Assembly (NCBI GenBank): GCA_903845295.1 | Contig: CAIMWV010000035.1 | Span: forward strand, 924-64,923 | DNA from: Candidatus Staskawiczbacteria bacterium | GTDB lineage: Bacteria > Patescibacteriota > Minisyncoccia > Minisyncoccales > Staskawiczbacteraceae | Reading direction: 5' to 3' | DNA: 64,000 nt | Part shown: piece after piece, positions 8,102-18,184 of the stretch | How positions within the stretch are numbered: the first letter of the stretch is position 1 | Layout: every line of letters begins with the position of its first letter | The notes under the pieces: generated by a model | What the model saw: only the letters and a program-made list of their open reading frames with translations | The model's database searches: none | Told to the model about the DNA's origin: nothing | Program-made: the position numbers and the translations under genes

Positions 8102-9334
8102 TTATTCGTATCTTAATGCCTCTATGGGGTTGAGTTTAGCGGCTCTTTTAGCCGGATAATAGCCGAAGATAATTCCGATACCGGCTGAAACAGCAACCGC
8201 TAAAAGTACTGAGAATAATGAAACTTTTGTCTGGTAGAAATTAAAATATTTGACGCCCCAGGAAATTATCCATCCCAAAAAAACTCCCACTATTCCGCCG
8301 GAAAATGTCAGGACGACCGCCTCTGTCAAAAATTGGAATGTGATATCTTTAGCTTTTGCTCCAATTGCTTTGCGCAGGCCTATTTCTCTTGTCCTTTCTG
8401 TAACTGTGGTAAGCATCATATTCATAATGCCGATTCCGCCCACAAGCAAGGAAATCCCGGCAATGGCTCCAAGCAAAATTGTAAGAGTCTGGCTTACGCT
8501 TGAGATGCTCGACAGTATGTCTGCCTGGTTTTGCACGGTAAAGTCTGCAATCGTCGGGTCTGAAATGTTGTGACGGCTTAATAATAAGCTTGTAACATCA
8601 TTCTGGGCGTTTGTCATCAGATTCGGGCTGCTTATCTGAAGATCAATTTCTGATAGATATTTATTGCCGGAAAAATATCTTTGCGAAACAGTATATGGAA
8701 TATAAATTCTGTCATCTTGGTTTTGAAACCCGCTTCCGCCTTTTGTGTTCGTAACTCCCACAACTTTAAATTCCATTTTATTAATTTTTATTGTCTGCCC
8801 GATTGCATCACTGGCTACAGCGTCAGCTCCAAACAAATCTGTTATGACAGTAGGGCCGAGCACCGCAACTTTTGAAACATTATTTACATCTTGGGAAGAA
8901 ATAAAGGATCCCTGATCAATGCTCAAATTCCTTACTGCAGTATAAGTGTCGCTGGTTCCCATTACTGATGTGTTTGTATTGTTCCCTTTGTAAACCACCT
9001 GGTAGCGTCCCGTAACTTCCGGAGTCATATATTGCACAGAAGAAACTTCGCTTGCAACCGCATCAGCATCATCAATAGTAAGCGACTGGGCTGTTCCTCC
9101 TGCAGAACGAACCGAATAACCAATATTCCTTGCGGCTCCGGGCATTATCATCAGAAGATTAGACCCGGTTGATTCGATGCTGGCTTGAATTGATAGCGTC
9201 GCTCCCTGACCTACAGATACCATAATAATCACAGAGCTTATTCCAATAACAATACCCAAAATAGTGAGACTTGTTCTGGCTTTGTTCGACGATAGCGCTA
9301 AAAATGTTTCTTCTAATGTGTCTGTGAGTTTCAC
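8102..9334 (-). CDS. ABC transporter permease, MacB/FtsX family (GTG start)
   Basis: 410 aa. N-terminal TM helix, large periplasmic domain, C-terminal FtsX-like 3-TM bundle. Confidence 0.85.
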   Translation of the reverse strand: MKLTDTLEETFLALSSNKARTSLTILGIVIGISSVIIMVSVGQGATLSIQASIESTGSNLLMIMPGAARNIGYSVRSAGGTAQSLTIDDADAVASEVSSVQYMTPEVTGRYQVVYKGNNTNTSVMGTSDTYTAVRNLSIDQGSFISSQDVNNVSKVAVLGPTVITDLFGADAVASDAIGQTIKINKMEFKVVGVTNTKGGSGFQNQDDRIYIPYTVSQRYFSGNKYLSEIDLQISSPNLMTNAQNDVTSLLLSRHNISDPTIADFTVQNQADILSSISSVSQTLTILLGAIAGISLLVGGIGIMNMMLTTVTERTREIGLRKAIGAKAKDITFQFLTEAVVLTFSGGIVGVFLGWIISWGVKYFNFYQTKVSLFSVLLAVAVSAGIGIIFGYYPAKRAAKLNPIEALRYE

Positions 9335-9460
9335 CCGTTAGAGGTCTGTCTTTATATGGCTAAATAGTCAATTTTAGACAAACTTTTATATTTAATAAAT
9401 CCCGCCGGTCAGCTAAAAAAATTTTATTAAAAATTTTTCCGCCAAAGACCCCTAACGGGT
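9333..9460. repeat. Inverted-repeat element E1: 15-bp arms ACCCGTTAGAGGTCT / AGACCCCTAACGGGT enclosing about 100 bp of AT-rich DNA. It fills the whole spacer between the ABC ATPase stop and the permease start.
   Basis: The arms are reverse complements with one mismatch. Core CCCGTTAGA / TCTAACGGG is shared with elements at 24912-25046 and 62847-62953. Confidence 0.55.
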
Positions 9461-9461
9461 T

Positions 9462-10184
9462 TCATCGTTTTTTGTGATCTTTGGTGTCGCTTACTATCAG
9501 GCCGTCTTTAAGAGATATAATTCTGTCTGCATGCAGAGCCACATCATGTTCGTGAGTGATGAGAATAATCGTTCTGCCATGTTCTTTGTTAAGTTTTTCA
9601 AAGGTTCCCAAAACGATTTCACCGGTTTTTGAGTCTAGGTTTCCCGTTGGTTCGTCGGCTAAAATTAAAGTCGGGTCATTGACTAATGCTCTGGCGATTG
9701 CAACCCTTTGAATTTGTCCGCCGGAAAGCTGATTAGACAGGTGGTTAAAATATTCTTCATCCAGTCCGGCTGCTTTCAAGGATTTTTTTGCTCTTTTTTC
9801 GCGTTCTTCTCTGGCAACGCCGGTATAAACCAAAGGCAAAGATACGTTTCTTATAGCAGTGGCTCTCGGCAAAAGATTAAACGCCTGAAAAACAAATCCG
9901 ATTTTATTTTTTCTTATATCAGCCAATTCGTCTTCGTTCAATGTTGAGACATCTTTGCCGTCTAAAAAATAAGTTCCGGATGTAGGCGTATCCAGCGCTC
10001 CCAAAATATGCATGAGCGTTGATTTGCCGGAGCCAGAAGGCCCCATAATCGCGACAAATTCTCCGTCTCTTATCGTAAAGCTCACTCCAGAAAGAGCTTT
10101 AAAGCCAACACTTCCTGTCTGATATATTTTTACTATATTTTTGACCTCAATCATGGTATTATGGCGGTCCGCCTGGCCCTCCAA
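9462..10184 (-). CDS. ABC transporter ATP-binding protein (MacB/LolD-type)
   Basis: Walker A GPSGSGKST, signature LSGGQIQRVAIARAL, Walker B ILADEPTGNLD. Confidence 0.9.
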   Translation of the reverse strand: MEGQADRHNTMIEVKNIVKIYQTGSVGFKALSGVSFTIRDGEFVAIMGPSGSGKSTLMHILGALDTPTSGTYFLDGKDVSTLNEDELADIRKNKIGFVFQAFNLLPRATAIRNVSLPLVYTGVAREEREKRAKKSLKAAGLDEEYFNHLSNQLSGGQIQRVAIARALVNDPTLILADEPTGNLDSKTGEIVLGTFEKLNKEHGRTIILITHEHDVALHADRIISLKDGLIVSDTKDHKKR

Positions 10185-11862
10185 TTAGAGTTTGAGTTGC
10201 CTGTCTTGTTGTTCTGCTTGTGCTAGAAGTAGTGCTGGTGGCGGATTTCACGCTGGAAATTGTCCTGGCAACAACCTGATCGCCTTCAGACAACCCGCTG
10301 GTTATTTCTGTATTTGTATTGTCGGCAACGCCTATTTGCACTGTCTTTTGGGTTGGCGCAACTTCAGAAATAAATCCTTGGCTGGCCGCCGGGCTGGTTA
10401 AATCTTGTTTCTGGCTAAGAACTAAAACGTAAGAACTATTATTTTTTGATTTAACTGCGCTGTTGGGCACCGTTAAAACATTTTGTCTTGTATCTGTAAT
10501 AACATTGGCGCTTCCGCTCATGCCCGGTTTTATCTGGCTGTCTATAATATCCAAAGCAATTTTTGCTCCGTAGCTTACTACGCCCTGGCTCACAGTTCCG
10601 ACCGTATCAACATCTATGACAGATCCTGTAGTAGTCAAGTCTGGCAGGGCGTCAAAAGTTATGGTTACTTTCTGGCCTAATTTTATTTTTACAATATCAA
10701 CTTCATTAAAAGAAGTTTCAATAATTTCCTGTTTGGTAACAATCGACCCTAAAACAGCTCCTGAAGAAACCGTGTCCCCAGCTTTAACCGTAGAATCTGA
10801 CGCAGAAATAATGCCATCTATGGGTGCGTATATATAATATTTTGCCAGATTATCTTTGGCATCAGCAAGCGCATTTTCATATTGCTGTATGCTAAGATTT
10901 TGTGATTGTGTATCTACACCAACCTTGGAAAAAGATTCTTCTTTTGTAGCTATATCCGACTTCGCGCTTGAAAGTGCGGCTGCGTCTTTGATAAGTAATG
11001 AAAGAGAATCGCTCAATTGAGTATCCTGTGTTGTGGTTGTTGCTGCCGTTATAGGTGTTGTTAAACTTTTTGAAACAATAATTTTTTGATACATTTGTAC
11101 AAGGTTAGAGGTTTGCCTGATTAAGTCCAGGAATGTTTCAGTAGAATCATAACTTCCACTAATTGCATTTTCAATTTGAGAAGGCTGAGAATTTTTGCTG
11201 AGCGGCCATGTTGTCTCTTCAAGCGCATCTAATTGTGTTTGTATATTTTTGTATTTTTGTTTAGCATCAGTCGTCCAAAAAGTCAGGTCGCTTGGATTAT
11301 TGTCATAAAAACGAACAAAATCGAGGTAATAATTAATATCGCTGTCGCCACCCCTATAACTGCTTTCCAAAAACATACTGTCTAAATTGGCTCTCATGGA
11401 TGTCAAATCATTAAAGGCGGTTGTTAAAGCGTCTAGTCCATTACTATATGACGTGTCAAGTGCATCTTTAGCGGTACCATTGATGTCCTGCGATGATAAT
11501 TGGGCGTTTGTTAAATCATTTTCTGCGCCTTGCACTGCTTTCTGAGCATCTCGCGAGTCAATTTGCGCCATAAGCGTTCCGGCCTTAACTTCCGTATCTT
11601 TTGGGATATTAATATATACAATTTTTCCCGAAACTTCCGGCGCGATGTCTACTTGGTCGGAAGCTGAAACTTGCCCGGTTCCGGAAACAGAGGAAATTAT
11701 TGTTCCTTTTGTGACAGCAGCCAAAACATAACGGGTCACTCCGCTGGTGTTGGTTGATGACCGGTGCCACCAGTATCCTCCGCCTAATAAACATAAAATT
11801 ACTATTACGCTTATTATTTTGTGCTTGAATATAATCTCCTTTATTTTGCCAAAAAAATTCAT
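10159..11862 (-). CDS. MacA/HlyD-like periplasmic adaptor with S/T-rich low-complexity insert and tail
   Basis: N-terminal TM helix, lipoyl-like motifs, C-terminal beta domain (VKPGMSGSANVITD), long S/T-rich tail. Confidence 0.65.
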   Translation of the reverse strand: MNFFGKIKEIIFKHKIISVIVILCLLGGGYWWHRSSTNTSGVTRYVLAAVTKGTIISSVSGTGQVSASDQVDIAPEVSGKIVYINIPKDTEVKAGTLMAQIDSRDAQKAVQGAENDLTNAQLSSQDINGTAKDALDTSYSNGLDALTTAFNDLTSMRANLDSMFLESSYRGGDSDINYYLDFVRFYDNNPSDLTFWTTDAKQKYKNIQTQLDALEETTWPLSKNSQPSQIENAISGSYDSTETFLDLIRQTSNLVQMYQKIIVSKSLTTPITAATTTTQDTQLSDSLSLLIKDAAALSSAKSDIATKEESFSKVGVDTQSQNLSIQQYENALADAKDNLAKYYIYAPIDGIISASDSTVKAGDTVSSGAVLGSIVTKQEIIETSFNEVDIVKIKLGQKVTITFDALPDLTTTGSVIDVDTVGTVSQGVVSYGAKIALDIIDSQIKPGMSGSANVITDTRQNVLTVPNSAVKSKNNSSYVLVLSQKQDLTSPAASQGFISEVAPTQKTVQIGVADNTNTEITSGLSEGDQVVARTISSVKSATSTTSSTSRTTRQATQTLIGGPGGPP

Positions 11863-11881
11863 TTTAAAAAAATCTATGATA

Positions 11882-12400
11882 TTAATTAGATTGAGTATTA
11901 AGTGTTCCTGCTGGCGGATTATTTGTTGGTGGGGTCTTGCTTGAAGGCGCCGGTGGCGCAGGTATAACTCTTATAAGTTCTGCCTGTATTTGGCCTGAAT
12001 TGTCCGGTTCGCCTATAACAACAACGTTGTCATCTATTTTAAGATCGGATAATTTTATATTTTTTCTCTGGTATATGATTGTTGTTTTGTCGCTTACTAA
12101 AATATTCTTTTCAACATTATCCCTGCCTTTTATGGTAAGAACCTGGCCGTTAATCGTAATTATCTGCCCATATATTCCGTTGCCGTTAGTAAATTCATTG
12201 CCCATGAAATCTCCAAAAAATCCGCCCTGGGGCCCGCCGAAATTTCGGTGATATTCGTCCGCCCACCTGAAGGAAAAGTCAGCTTTTTTTGTTCCGACAA
12301 AAACACCCAGACCAAAAACAAAAGCTAAAATAATTAACCCCGCTATGCTTAAAATAACTGTTTTGAATACCTTTGATTCGAAAATATTATTTTTTTCCAT
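11882..12400 (-). CDS. Hypothetical membrane-anchored protein with a Pro-rich C-terminus
   Basis: One TM helix. Directly downstream of the anti-sigma-like gene. Confidence 0.45.
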   Translation of the reverse strand: MEKNNIFESKVFKTVILSIAGLIILAFVFGLGVFVGTKKADFSFRWADEYHRNFGGPQGGFFGDFMGNEFTNGNGIYGQIITINGQVLTIKGRDNVEKNILVSDKTTIIYQRKNIKLSDLKIDDNVVVIGEPDNSGQIQAELIRVIPAPPAPSSKTPPTNNPPAGTLNTQSN

Positions 12401-12783
12401 TAGTTTATCGCTAAGCGACCATTATTTTTAATAATTTTTATATTTTTTATCAGAGACTTAGCCGATTGCAGAAATATCAGCAAAACAGCTAAAAACAATG
12501 CCGCGCTCGCAGCAGGCAAAGTTTCTAAAAGAATCATCGCAAAGCTTTGCCAGTATGTTGCCACTGAAGAAAAATCAGAGAAAATCAAATAAAAGAAATT
12601 AATGAATCCGGATTGGCCGAAATCAGCTAAAAGTATTTTGAGAACCGGCACAAACGCCAATAAAGATCCTGTCAGCATGACAGAAAAAATGATTATCCTT
12701 CTTAAAACCAAAAGACGCTCTTCTTTATGAATGCGCTTTAATATTTTTTCCAGTAATCCTTTTGGCGGGTTTATGGTGGTCAT
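12400..12783 (-). CDS. Membrane protein, putative anti-sigma factor partner of the ECF sigma
   Basis: 127 aa with several TM helices. Follows the ECF sigma gene in the same operon. Assigned by position only. Confidence 0.35.
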   Translation of the reverse strand: MTTINPPKGLLEKILKRIHKEERLLVLRRIIIFSVMLTGSLLAFVPVLKILLADFGQSGFINFFYLIFSDFSSVATYWQSFAMILLETLPAASAALFLAVLLIFLQSAKSLIKNIKIIKNNGRLAIN

Positions 12784-12839
12784 AATGCTAGTAAAATACT
12801 ATCCATAAATTAATACGCTGCACCGGTGAGTTTCGGTTC

Positions 12840-13397
12840 TTAATTTTCTTTTATATTCTTTCTTAAATTTATAAGGCTTCTTCGATACCTGCTTTTGACG
12901 GTATTGACCGATTCCTGGAACGTTTCGGCAATTTCCTTGAAACTCAAGCCGTCGGTGTGCCGCATATTTATAATCTTCTGTTCTTTTTCAGTCAGCCCTT
13001 CAAAGGCCACTAATAAGGTTTTTTTATCGCTAAGTTTTTCTATTAAGTTCAAAGGGGTCGCAACAATATTATCAACCAAAGGATTCTGCCCTTTTTCATT
13101 TTCGAACTTTGAGAATGGTATGCTCTTTTTCTTCCTCAGAAAATCAATTGATGTATTTTTGGCTATCTGGAAAATCCACGGCTTGAAGCTTTTCTCTTGT
13201 TTAAATTTTCTGATATTTTTCCACACTTTGACGAAAACCTCCTGGGTTATATCTTCGGCATCGGCTTCAGTCCCCACATTTTTGTAGACAAAACCATAAA
13301 TTGACTTTAAATACCTGGCAATCAAAATCTCTAGCGACTTTTCTTCGCCCTTCAGATATTGCCGTATTAATTCTTTATCTTCTGATTTTATAGGCAT
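12840..13397 (-). CDS. ECF-subfamily RNA polymerase sigma-70 factor (start taken at MPIKSEDKELIRQ; ORF track extends to 13457)
   Basis: Region 2 (DAEDITQEVFVKVWKNIRKF) and region 4 (LTEKEQKIINMRHTDGLSFKEIAETFQESVNTVKSRYRRS). Confidence 0.8.
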   Translation of the reverse strand: MPIKSEDKELIRQYLKGEEKSLEILIARYLKSIYGFVYKNVGTEADAEDITQEVFVKVWKNIRKFKQEKSFKPWIFQIAKNTSIDFLRKKKSIPFSKFENEKGQNPLVDNIVATPLNLIEKLSDKKTLLVAFEGLTEKEQKIINMRHTDGLSFKEIAETFQESVNTVKSRYRRSLINLRKNIKEN

Positions 13398-13445
13398 TCT
13401 TACATATGCTACCCTTATATACTGCCACAAAAACCGCTTTTTTAA

Positions 13446-13458
13446 AATGTCGCACAAT
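13446..13458. repeat. Copy a of the 13-bp palindromic motif (AATGTCGCACAAT; consensus ATTGT-CGC-ACAAT)
   Basis: Intergenic, between GDH and the ECF sigma gene. Confidence 0.7.
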
Positions 13459-13494
13459 AAATATTTCGCAACATTTTATTAAAATAATGTTTAA

Positions 13495-14625
13495 TTAATA
13501 CCTCGCCTGTTTCTTCGTAATTCTGTTTACAGCTATTTCCATTCCCACGTCCCGCGGGTTTTTGTTTTCACTGACGCTTTTCTTCAATATAATCCTGACA
13601 TTTTTCGTAATTTTTTTATCTATTGTATCCATCATTCTTTTAGGATTATAACCGCGGTATTCAGCATAAGAAGAAATCACTCCTCCGGCATTAGCAATGA
13701 AATCTGGAACGACCCAGACTCCCTTCTTGAAAAATTCTTTTTCTATTTCTTCTGACATCGGAATATTACCTGCTTCAACAATCATCTTAGTTTTAATTTT
13801 GTCCTTGTTGCTATTGTTAATGACGTTTGTGACAGACGCTGGGATTAAAATATCTGTTGGAACCTCCCAAAATTTTTCAGCTGAAATTTTTTGGCCGTAG
13901 GGATAATCTTTCAAAGTTTTTTTATCTTTTATGATTTTTTCCAGTACTTCGTGATCAAATCCGCTTTCCTGGAAAATTGTGGTTTCCGCGTCAGCTAATG
14001 CAATAACTTTAGCCCCCATTTGTGTTAAAAATTTATAGGCGAATGTCCCTACGTTTCCAAAGCCATGGATGGCTACTCTGGCTCCGTTCATGTTTATTCC
14101 AAGAATTTCTGCCGCAGTTTCTGCGGTTTTTGCAACTCCAAATCCGGTGCTTCCATATTCATGCGGAATTCCGCATTTTTCGCCCGTCTTGCCGAATGCC
14201 TTCATACAGTAATTAGCCGGCTTGCCGGTAGCCGACCTCCAATCCCCTGTTGCCTCTACAAACCATTGCATTTCCTGCTCGCCTGTCTGGACGTCGGGAG
14301 CTGCAATATATTTTTTAGGGGTTAGCAATTTAACAGCCTTTGCAAAGCTTTGGACAAACTTCTTTTTCAGTTCAGGAGTTCCGCCTTTCCATATTATCCC
14401 GGCCTTAGCTCCGCCGAAAGGCAGATCAGCCAAAGCATTTTTAAATGTCATTGTCCTGGCCAGCCTGAAAACCTCCTCGGCCGTCACATTGGGAGTCATT
14501 CTGATCCCCCCTTTCCCGGGTCCTAAAACAGTATTGTCTATAACTAAAAAACCCTCCATTTTTAATTCGGGGTCATAAATATTTATTACATATTCGGGAC
14601 CAAACTCGTCTTTTAGGATTTCCAT
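13495..14625 (-). CDS. Glu/Leu/Phe/Val dehydrogenase family (glutamate dehydrogenase-like)
   Basis: 376 aa. Motif KGGIRMTP...GGAKAGI and NAD(P) Rossmann GFGNVG. Confidence 0.85.
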   Translation of the reverse strand: MEILKDEFGPEYVINIYDPELKMEGFLVIDNTVLGPGKGGIRMTPNVTAEEVFRLARTMTFKNALADLPFGGAKAGIIWKGGTPELKKKFVQSFAKAVKLLTPKKYIAAPDVQTGEQEMQWFVEATGDWRSATGKPANYCMKAFGKTGEKCGIPHEYGSTGFGVAKTAETAAEILGINMNGARVAIHGFGNVGTFAYKFLTQMGAKVIALADAETTIFQESGFDHEVLEKIIKDKKTLKDYPYGQKISAEKFWEVPTDILIPASVTNVINNSNKDKIKTKMIVEAGNIPMSEEIEKEFFKKGVWVVPDFIANAGGVISSYAEYRGYNPKRMMDTIDKKITKNVRIILKKSVSENKNPRDVGMEIAVNRITKKQARY

Positions 14626-14700
14626 ATTTGTTTTATATTTCTCATTTTTTAATTATTCATCAAGTTAATTATATCAGTACGTATTTTTTCTGCAAAAGTG

Positions 14701-15093
14701 TCACTTTATTATGCTTCCGGGCGGAATTTCCTTGTCCGGATGTAATAAAACCGGGTTGCCGTTATCTGACGGGCATAAAATCATTCCTTGCGATTCCAGG
14801 CCCTTCAGCATACGCGGAGCCAAATTATAGGCAAAAGGGCACTCTTTACCAATTAACGCCTCTGGGGCGTAAAATTGCGCTATTCCAGCGATAATCTGGC
14901 GCTTTATGCGTCCTTCAGTCTTATCCTCTTTCACTTCTATCCACTCGCCTGCAGGCTCCGGAACAATAGGTGCGGCGCCAAAATCAACAACAAGTTTCAT
15001 TAATTTTTCCGAACCTTCAACTTTCTCGGCGCTTAAAATTTTTCCGATTCTTATATCTAATTTTTTGAAATCTTCGAATGAAATTATATCCAT
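14701..15093 (-). CDS. tRNA-binding domain protein (CsaA/Trbp111/EMAP-like)
   Basis: MDIISFEDFKKLDIRIGKILSAEKVEGSEKLMKLVVDFG matches the OB-fold tRNA-binding domain. ORF track start 15138 is probably an N-terminal over-extension. Confidence 0.7.
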   Translation of the reverse strand: MDIISFEDFKKLDIRIGKILSAEKVEGSEKLMKLVVDFGAAPIVPEPAGEWIEVKEDKTEGRIKRQIIAGIAQFYAPEALIGKECPFAYNLAPRMLKGLESQGMILCPSDNGNPVLLHPDKEIPPGSIIK

Positions 15094-15120
15094 GTTTTTA
15101 AAATTTAATTTTATTCTAAA

Positions 15121-15133
15121 ATTGTCGCACAAT
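15121..15133. repeat. Copy b of the 13-bp palindromic motif (ATTGTCGCACAAT, perfect)
   Basis: 7 bp downstream of the helicase-nuclease stop and 27 bp upstream of the tRNA-binding protein ATG. Confidence 0.7.
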
Positions 15134-15138
15134 AACAA

Positions 15139-18084
15139 TTACTTTTGCGCAAAATCGCAGATTTCCTTGAAGTCGCAGTATTGGCACTGCCAGCCGGGCG
15201 TGGCCGTAAATTCGCTGTTTTTTATTTTTTCTATTTCTTGAACTATTTTTGACTTTTGGTTATGCAAATCATTTTCTGAACCTAAAAATGAGGCAAATTT
15301 TCCGTCGTCTAAATAATAATACGCAAGATGCTCGGGTTTTAAATGCAAAACTTCCTGAGCCGCTATCTGATAAATCAAAAGCTGTTCTTTTGCTTCGAAG
15401 TCCAGCTTGTCTTTTGATTGCCCTGTTTTGTAATCAATAATTACAACTCCATTTTTCCCCTGGTCAATTCTGTCGATTACTCCAAACAATGTGTGTTCGC
15501 CTACTTTCAGGTTAAAAGGCATTTCCAGGGCCAAGGAATCGTTTATTTTCAGAATTTTCGGAGGATTTTTGGAAAACTGGCCATAAAACTCTTTTATTAT
15601 CTCTTTTCCCTTTTTATAATATTCTTCTTTTTGCTTTTTTGATTCATACCATTCGTCAATCCAATTCTTTTCATATAGTTTTGCTAATTCATTGAAAACA
15701 TCTTCTTTCTTCTTTGTTTTCTTCGCCGGTTTTTCTCCAAACAAGGTTTCTTGTGCAACTTTTTTTTCTTCGTTAACCGATTTCAAAAATTCATGCAAGG
15801 TATTGTGCATTGTTTTGCCGAAAGAAAAAAATGCTTTGCCCCGGGTCGGCACCTTTAAGATAAATGCAAACTTGTACTGTAACGGACATTTTTCAAATGC
15901 AGCAAGCTGAGAATACGAAAAATGCTCCGGCAAATATTGCGGTTGGACTTTATTTTTTAGCCTATCTATTGGTTTTGGTTTTTCAGCTAAAATTCCCCCT
16001 TTCTCCATTTCTTTCTTATTGTCACTGCCTGCTTTATAATTCATTTCCGATAAAAATCTTGATATTTTCTTTTTTCTTTGGCCGCCGTAATCGTCAGCTG
16101 ATGTAAAATACAATCCTTTTTTAGCCCTTGTCATTGCCACATAGCAAAGGCGCCTTTCTTCCTGTAAATGCACATCTCCTTTTGGTTTTATGTCTTTTAT
16201 CAGGGCGTCAGGAAGCTCAATCGGGTCTTTTCTTTGGTCTGTCGGGAATCTTCTATCCACCATATTTACCAAAAACACGTATTTGAATTCCAAACCCTTT
16301 GCCCCATGGATTGTCATAACTTTTATCATGTCCGGTCCCCTTTCCGGATCAAATTCCAGCTTGCCTTCTTCTCCGGATTCTAACTCCAAATTCATTTCTT
16401 CCATGAAGTTTTTCAAGTTTGGCTCAACCGTCGTTTCCTCAAAGGTTTTTATTTTTTTATAAAACTGATTCAACAAATCAATTTTTTCTTCTTCATTTTT
16501 GTTTATTAAATATTTTAGATAGCCGGAATCCTCTAAAAACGAAACCAAGACTTCAGAGACTCCTTTTTCCCGCGCTTGACTGCTGTGTTTTTTTATTAAG
16601 CTTAAAATAAAAACTACTTTTTCCTGCGTTTTTGCTGAAATTCCCGGTATCAACGGCAATTGGTTCAAGGCTTCAAAAAGAGACAATGTTTTCCTGCGGC
16701 AAAACTGTGTGATTGTTGCTATATCTGCTTCCGGAATTTCTAAAAACGGCAAATTTAAAATTCTATAGACAGCCGTTCCTTCATGATAGTTGTCCAGCAA
16801 TTTAAAATAAGATACCACGTCCAAAATTATCGGTTTTGAATATAATCCCCTGGATGCCAAAAACTGGTAAGGCAGGTTAGCTCTTTCCAAGGCTCTTATA
16901 AATGGAGCGGCAGAATCGTTTGCGCGCACCAAAATGGCAAAATCGTTATATGTCGCCTCCTTATCCTTTTTTAAAATTTCTAAAATCTTTTTTAAGGTTT
17001 CACCCACTTCCTGATCCAAATTTTTAGTATGTATGTTTTCTATAGTTCCCTTCTCCTTTGTATCAGCGATGAGTTTTTTGTTTATTTTAGTTTGGAACTC
17101 TAGTCTATCCGGATCATTTTGTTTTATGAAATTATATGACTGGTCCAGAATATTCTGGGTTGACCTGTAGTTCCTGATAAGCGAAATCTGCTTTGCCTTG
17201 GGAAAATCTTTGCTGAATTGTACAATATTTGAAAAAGAAGCTCCCCGCCAGCGGTAGATTGCCTGGTCGTCATCAGCGCATACGGTTAAATTATTTTTGG
17301 GAGCGGCTAAAAGTTTGATTAATTCGTACTGCGCCCAGTTTGTATCCTGGAATTCATCAACTAAAATATATTTAAATTTCTCCCTGTATTTTTTCAAAAT
17401 CAACGGGCGCTTTTTAAAAAGCTTCAGGCAATAATTTATCAGGTCGCCAAAATCCAGCGCGCTGTTTTGCAGCAAAATCTGCTGGTAGGTATGATAAGCT
17501 TCAGCAATCTCTTTGATTCTCTCTACCTCTTGCGATTCCGGACCCTCGTCTCTTGTTTTCAGGCTGTCGGCGTATTCTAAATAATTTTCGGGATAAAGTG
17601 CCTCGTCTTTGCAATGGGAAAAATGGGAAATCAATGCCTGTATGAATTTTGTAGGATTTCCCAACGCCCTGTAATAATTCAAGTCAAACTTGTCTAAATT
17701 ATGGCGCGCCAAAAGCCAGCCGGAAGTGCCATCCAAAATTTTAAAATCCGGGCTGAGCCCGATATCTAAGGCATTATCGCGCAAAACCCTCTCGCAAAAA
17801 GAATGAAAAGTTGAAATCCACAAATCAACATATCCGTATTCTAAAAGCCTGTCTACCCTTTCCTCCATTTCAAAAGCTGCTTTCTCTGTAAAAGTAACAG
17901 CCAGAATTTCTTCGGGCGGAGCTAGTTTTTTTTCAATCAAACTTACGATTCTCTGGGTTATTACGGTCGTTTTACCGGTTCCTGCCCCGGCCACAATCAA
18001 AAGCGGGCCTTTATTATGAAGCATCGCTTCTTTTTGCTCTTTATTAAGTTTTAACAAATCTGACGGCATAAAATTATAATTCAT
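15139..18084 (-). CDS. UvrD/PcrA-family helicase fused to a C-terminal PD-(D/E)XK (RecB/Cas4-like) nuclease with a Cys cluster
   Basis: Walker A GAGTGKTTV near the N-terminus and UvrD helicase motifs. C-terminus carries CPLQYKF...IIDYKTG...ELLIYQIA...CQYCDFKEIC. Confidence 0.85.
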   Translation of the reverse strand: MNYNFMPSDLLKLNKEQKEAMLHNKGPLLIVAGAGTGKTTVITQRIVSLIEKKLAPPEEILAVTFTEKAAFEMEERVDRLLEYGYVDLWISTFHSFCERVLRDNALDIGLSPDFKILDGTSGWLLARHNLDKFDLNYYRALGNPTKFIQALISHFSHCKDEALYPENYLEYADSLKTRDEGPESQEVERIKEIAEAYHTYQQILLQNSALDFGDLINYCLKLFKKRPLILKKYREKFKYILVDEFQDTNWAQYELIKLLAAPKNNLTVCADDDQAIYRWRGASFSNIVQFSKDFPKAKQISLIRNYRSTQNILDQSYNFIKQNDPDRLEFQTKINKKLIADTKEKGTIENIHTKNLDQEVGETLKKILEILKKDKEATYNDFAILVRANDSAAPFIRALERANLPYQFLASRGLYSKPIILDVVSYFKLLDNYHEGTAVYRILNLPFLEIPEADIATITQFCRRKTLSLFEALNQLPLIPGISAKTQEKVVFILSLIKKHSSQAREKGVSEVLVSFLEDSGYLKYLINKNEEEKIDLLNQFYKKIKTFEETTVEPNLKNFMEEMNLELESGEEGKLEFDPERGPDMIKVMTIHGAKGLEFKYVFLVNMVDRRFPTDQRKDPIELPDALIKDIKPKGDVHLQEERRLCYVAMTRAKKGLYFTSADDYGGQRKKKISRFLSEMNYKAGSDNKKEMEKGGILAEKPKPIDRLKNKVQPQYLPEHFSYSQLAAFEKCPLQYKFAFILKVPTRGKAFFSFGKTMHNTLHEFLKSVNEEKKVAQETLFGEKPAKKTKKKEDVFNELAKLYEKNWIDEWYESKKQKEEYYKKGKEIIKEFYGQFSKNPPKILKINDSLALEMPFNLKVGEHTLFGVIDRIDQGKNGVVIIDYKTGQSKDKLDFEAKEQLLIYQIAAQEVLHLKPEHLAYYYLDDGKFASFLGSENDLHNQKSKIVQEIEKIKNSEFTATPGWQCQYCDFKEICDFAQK

Positions 18085-18100
18085 TTTACACCGACCGCGG

Positions 18101-18129
18101 AAAATTTACAAAAAAAGCCCGCAATGTCT
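18101..18129 (-). terminator. Rho-independent terminator (GCCCGCA-loop-TGCGGGC with a T7 tract on the minus strand)
   Basis: 7-bp GC-rich stem preceded on the plus strand by A7. Confidence 0.7.
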
Positions 18130-18184
18130 CATGCGGGCCTGCAAAACTCGAATCACTCGAATACGGCCTAGGATTTCGGGCCGT

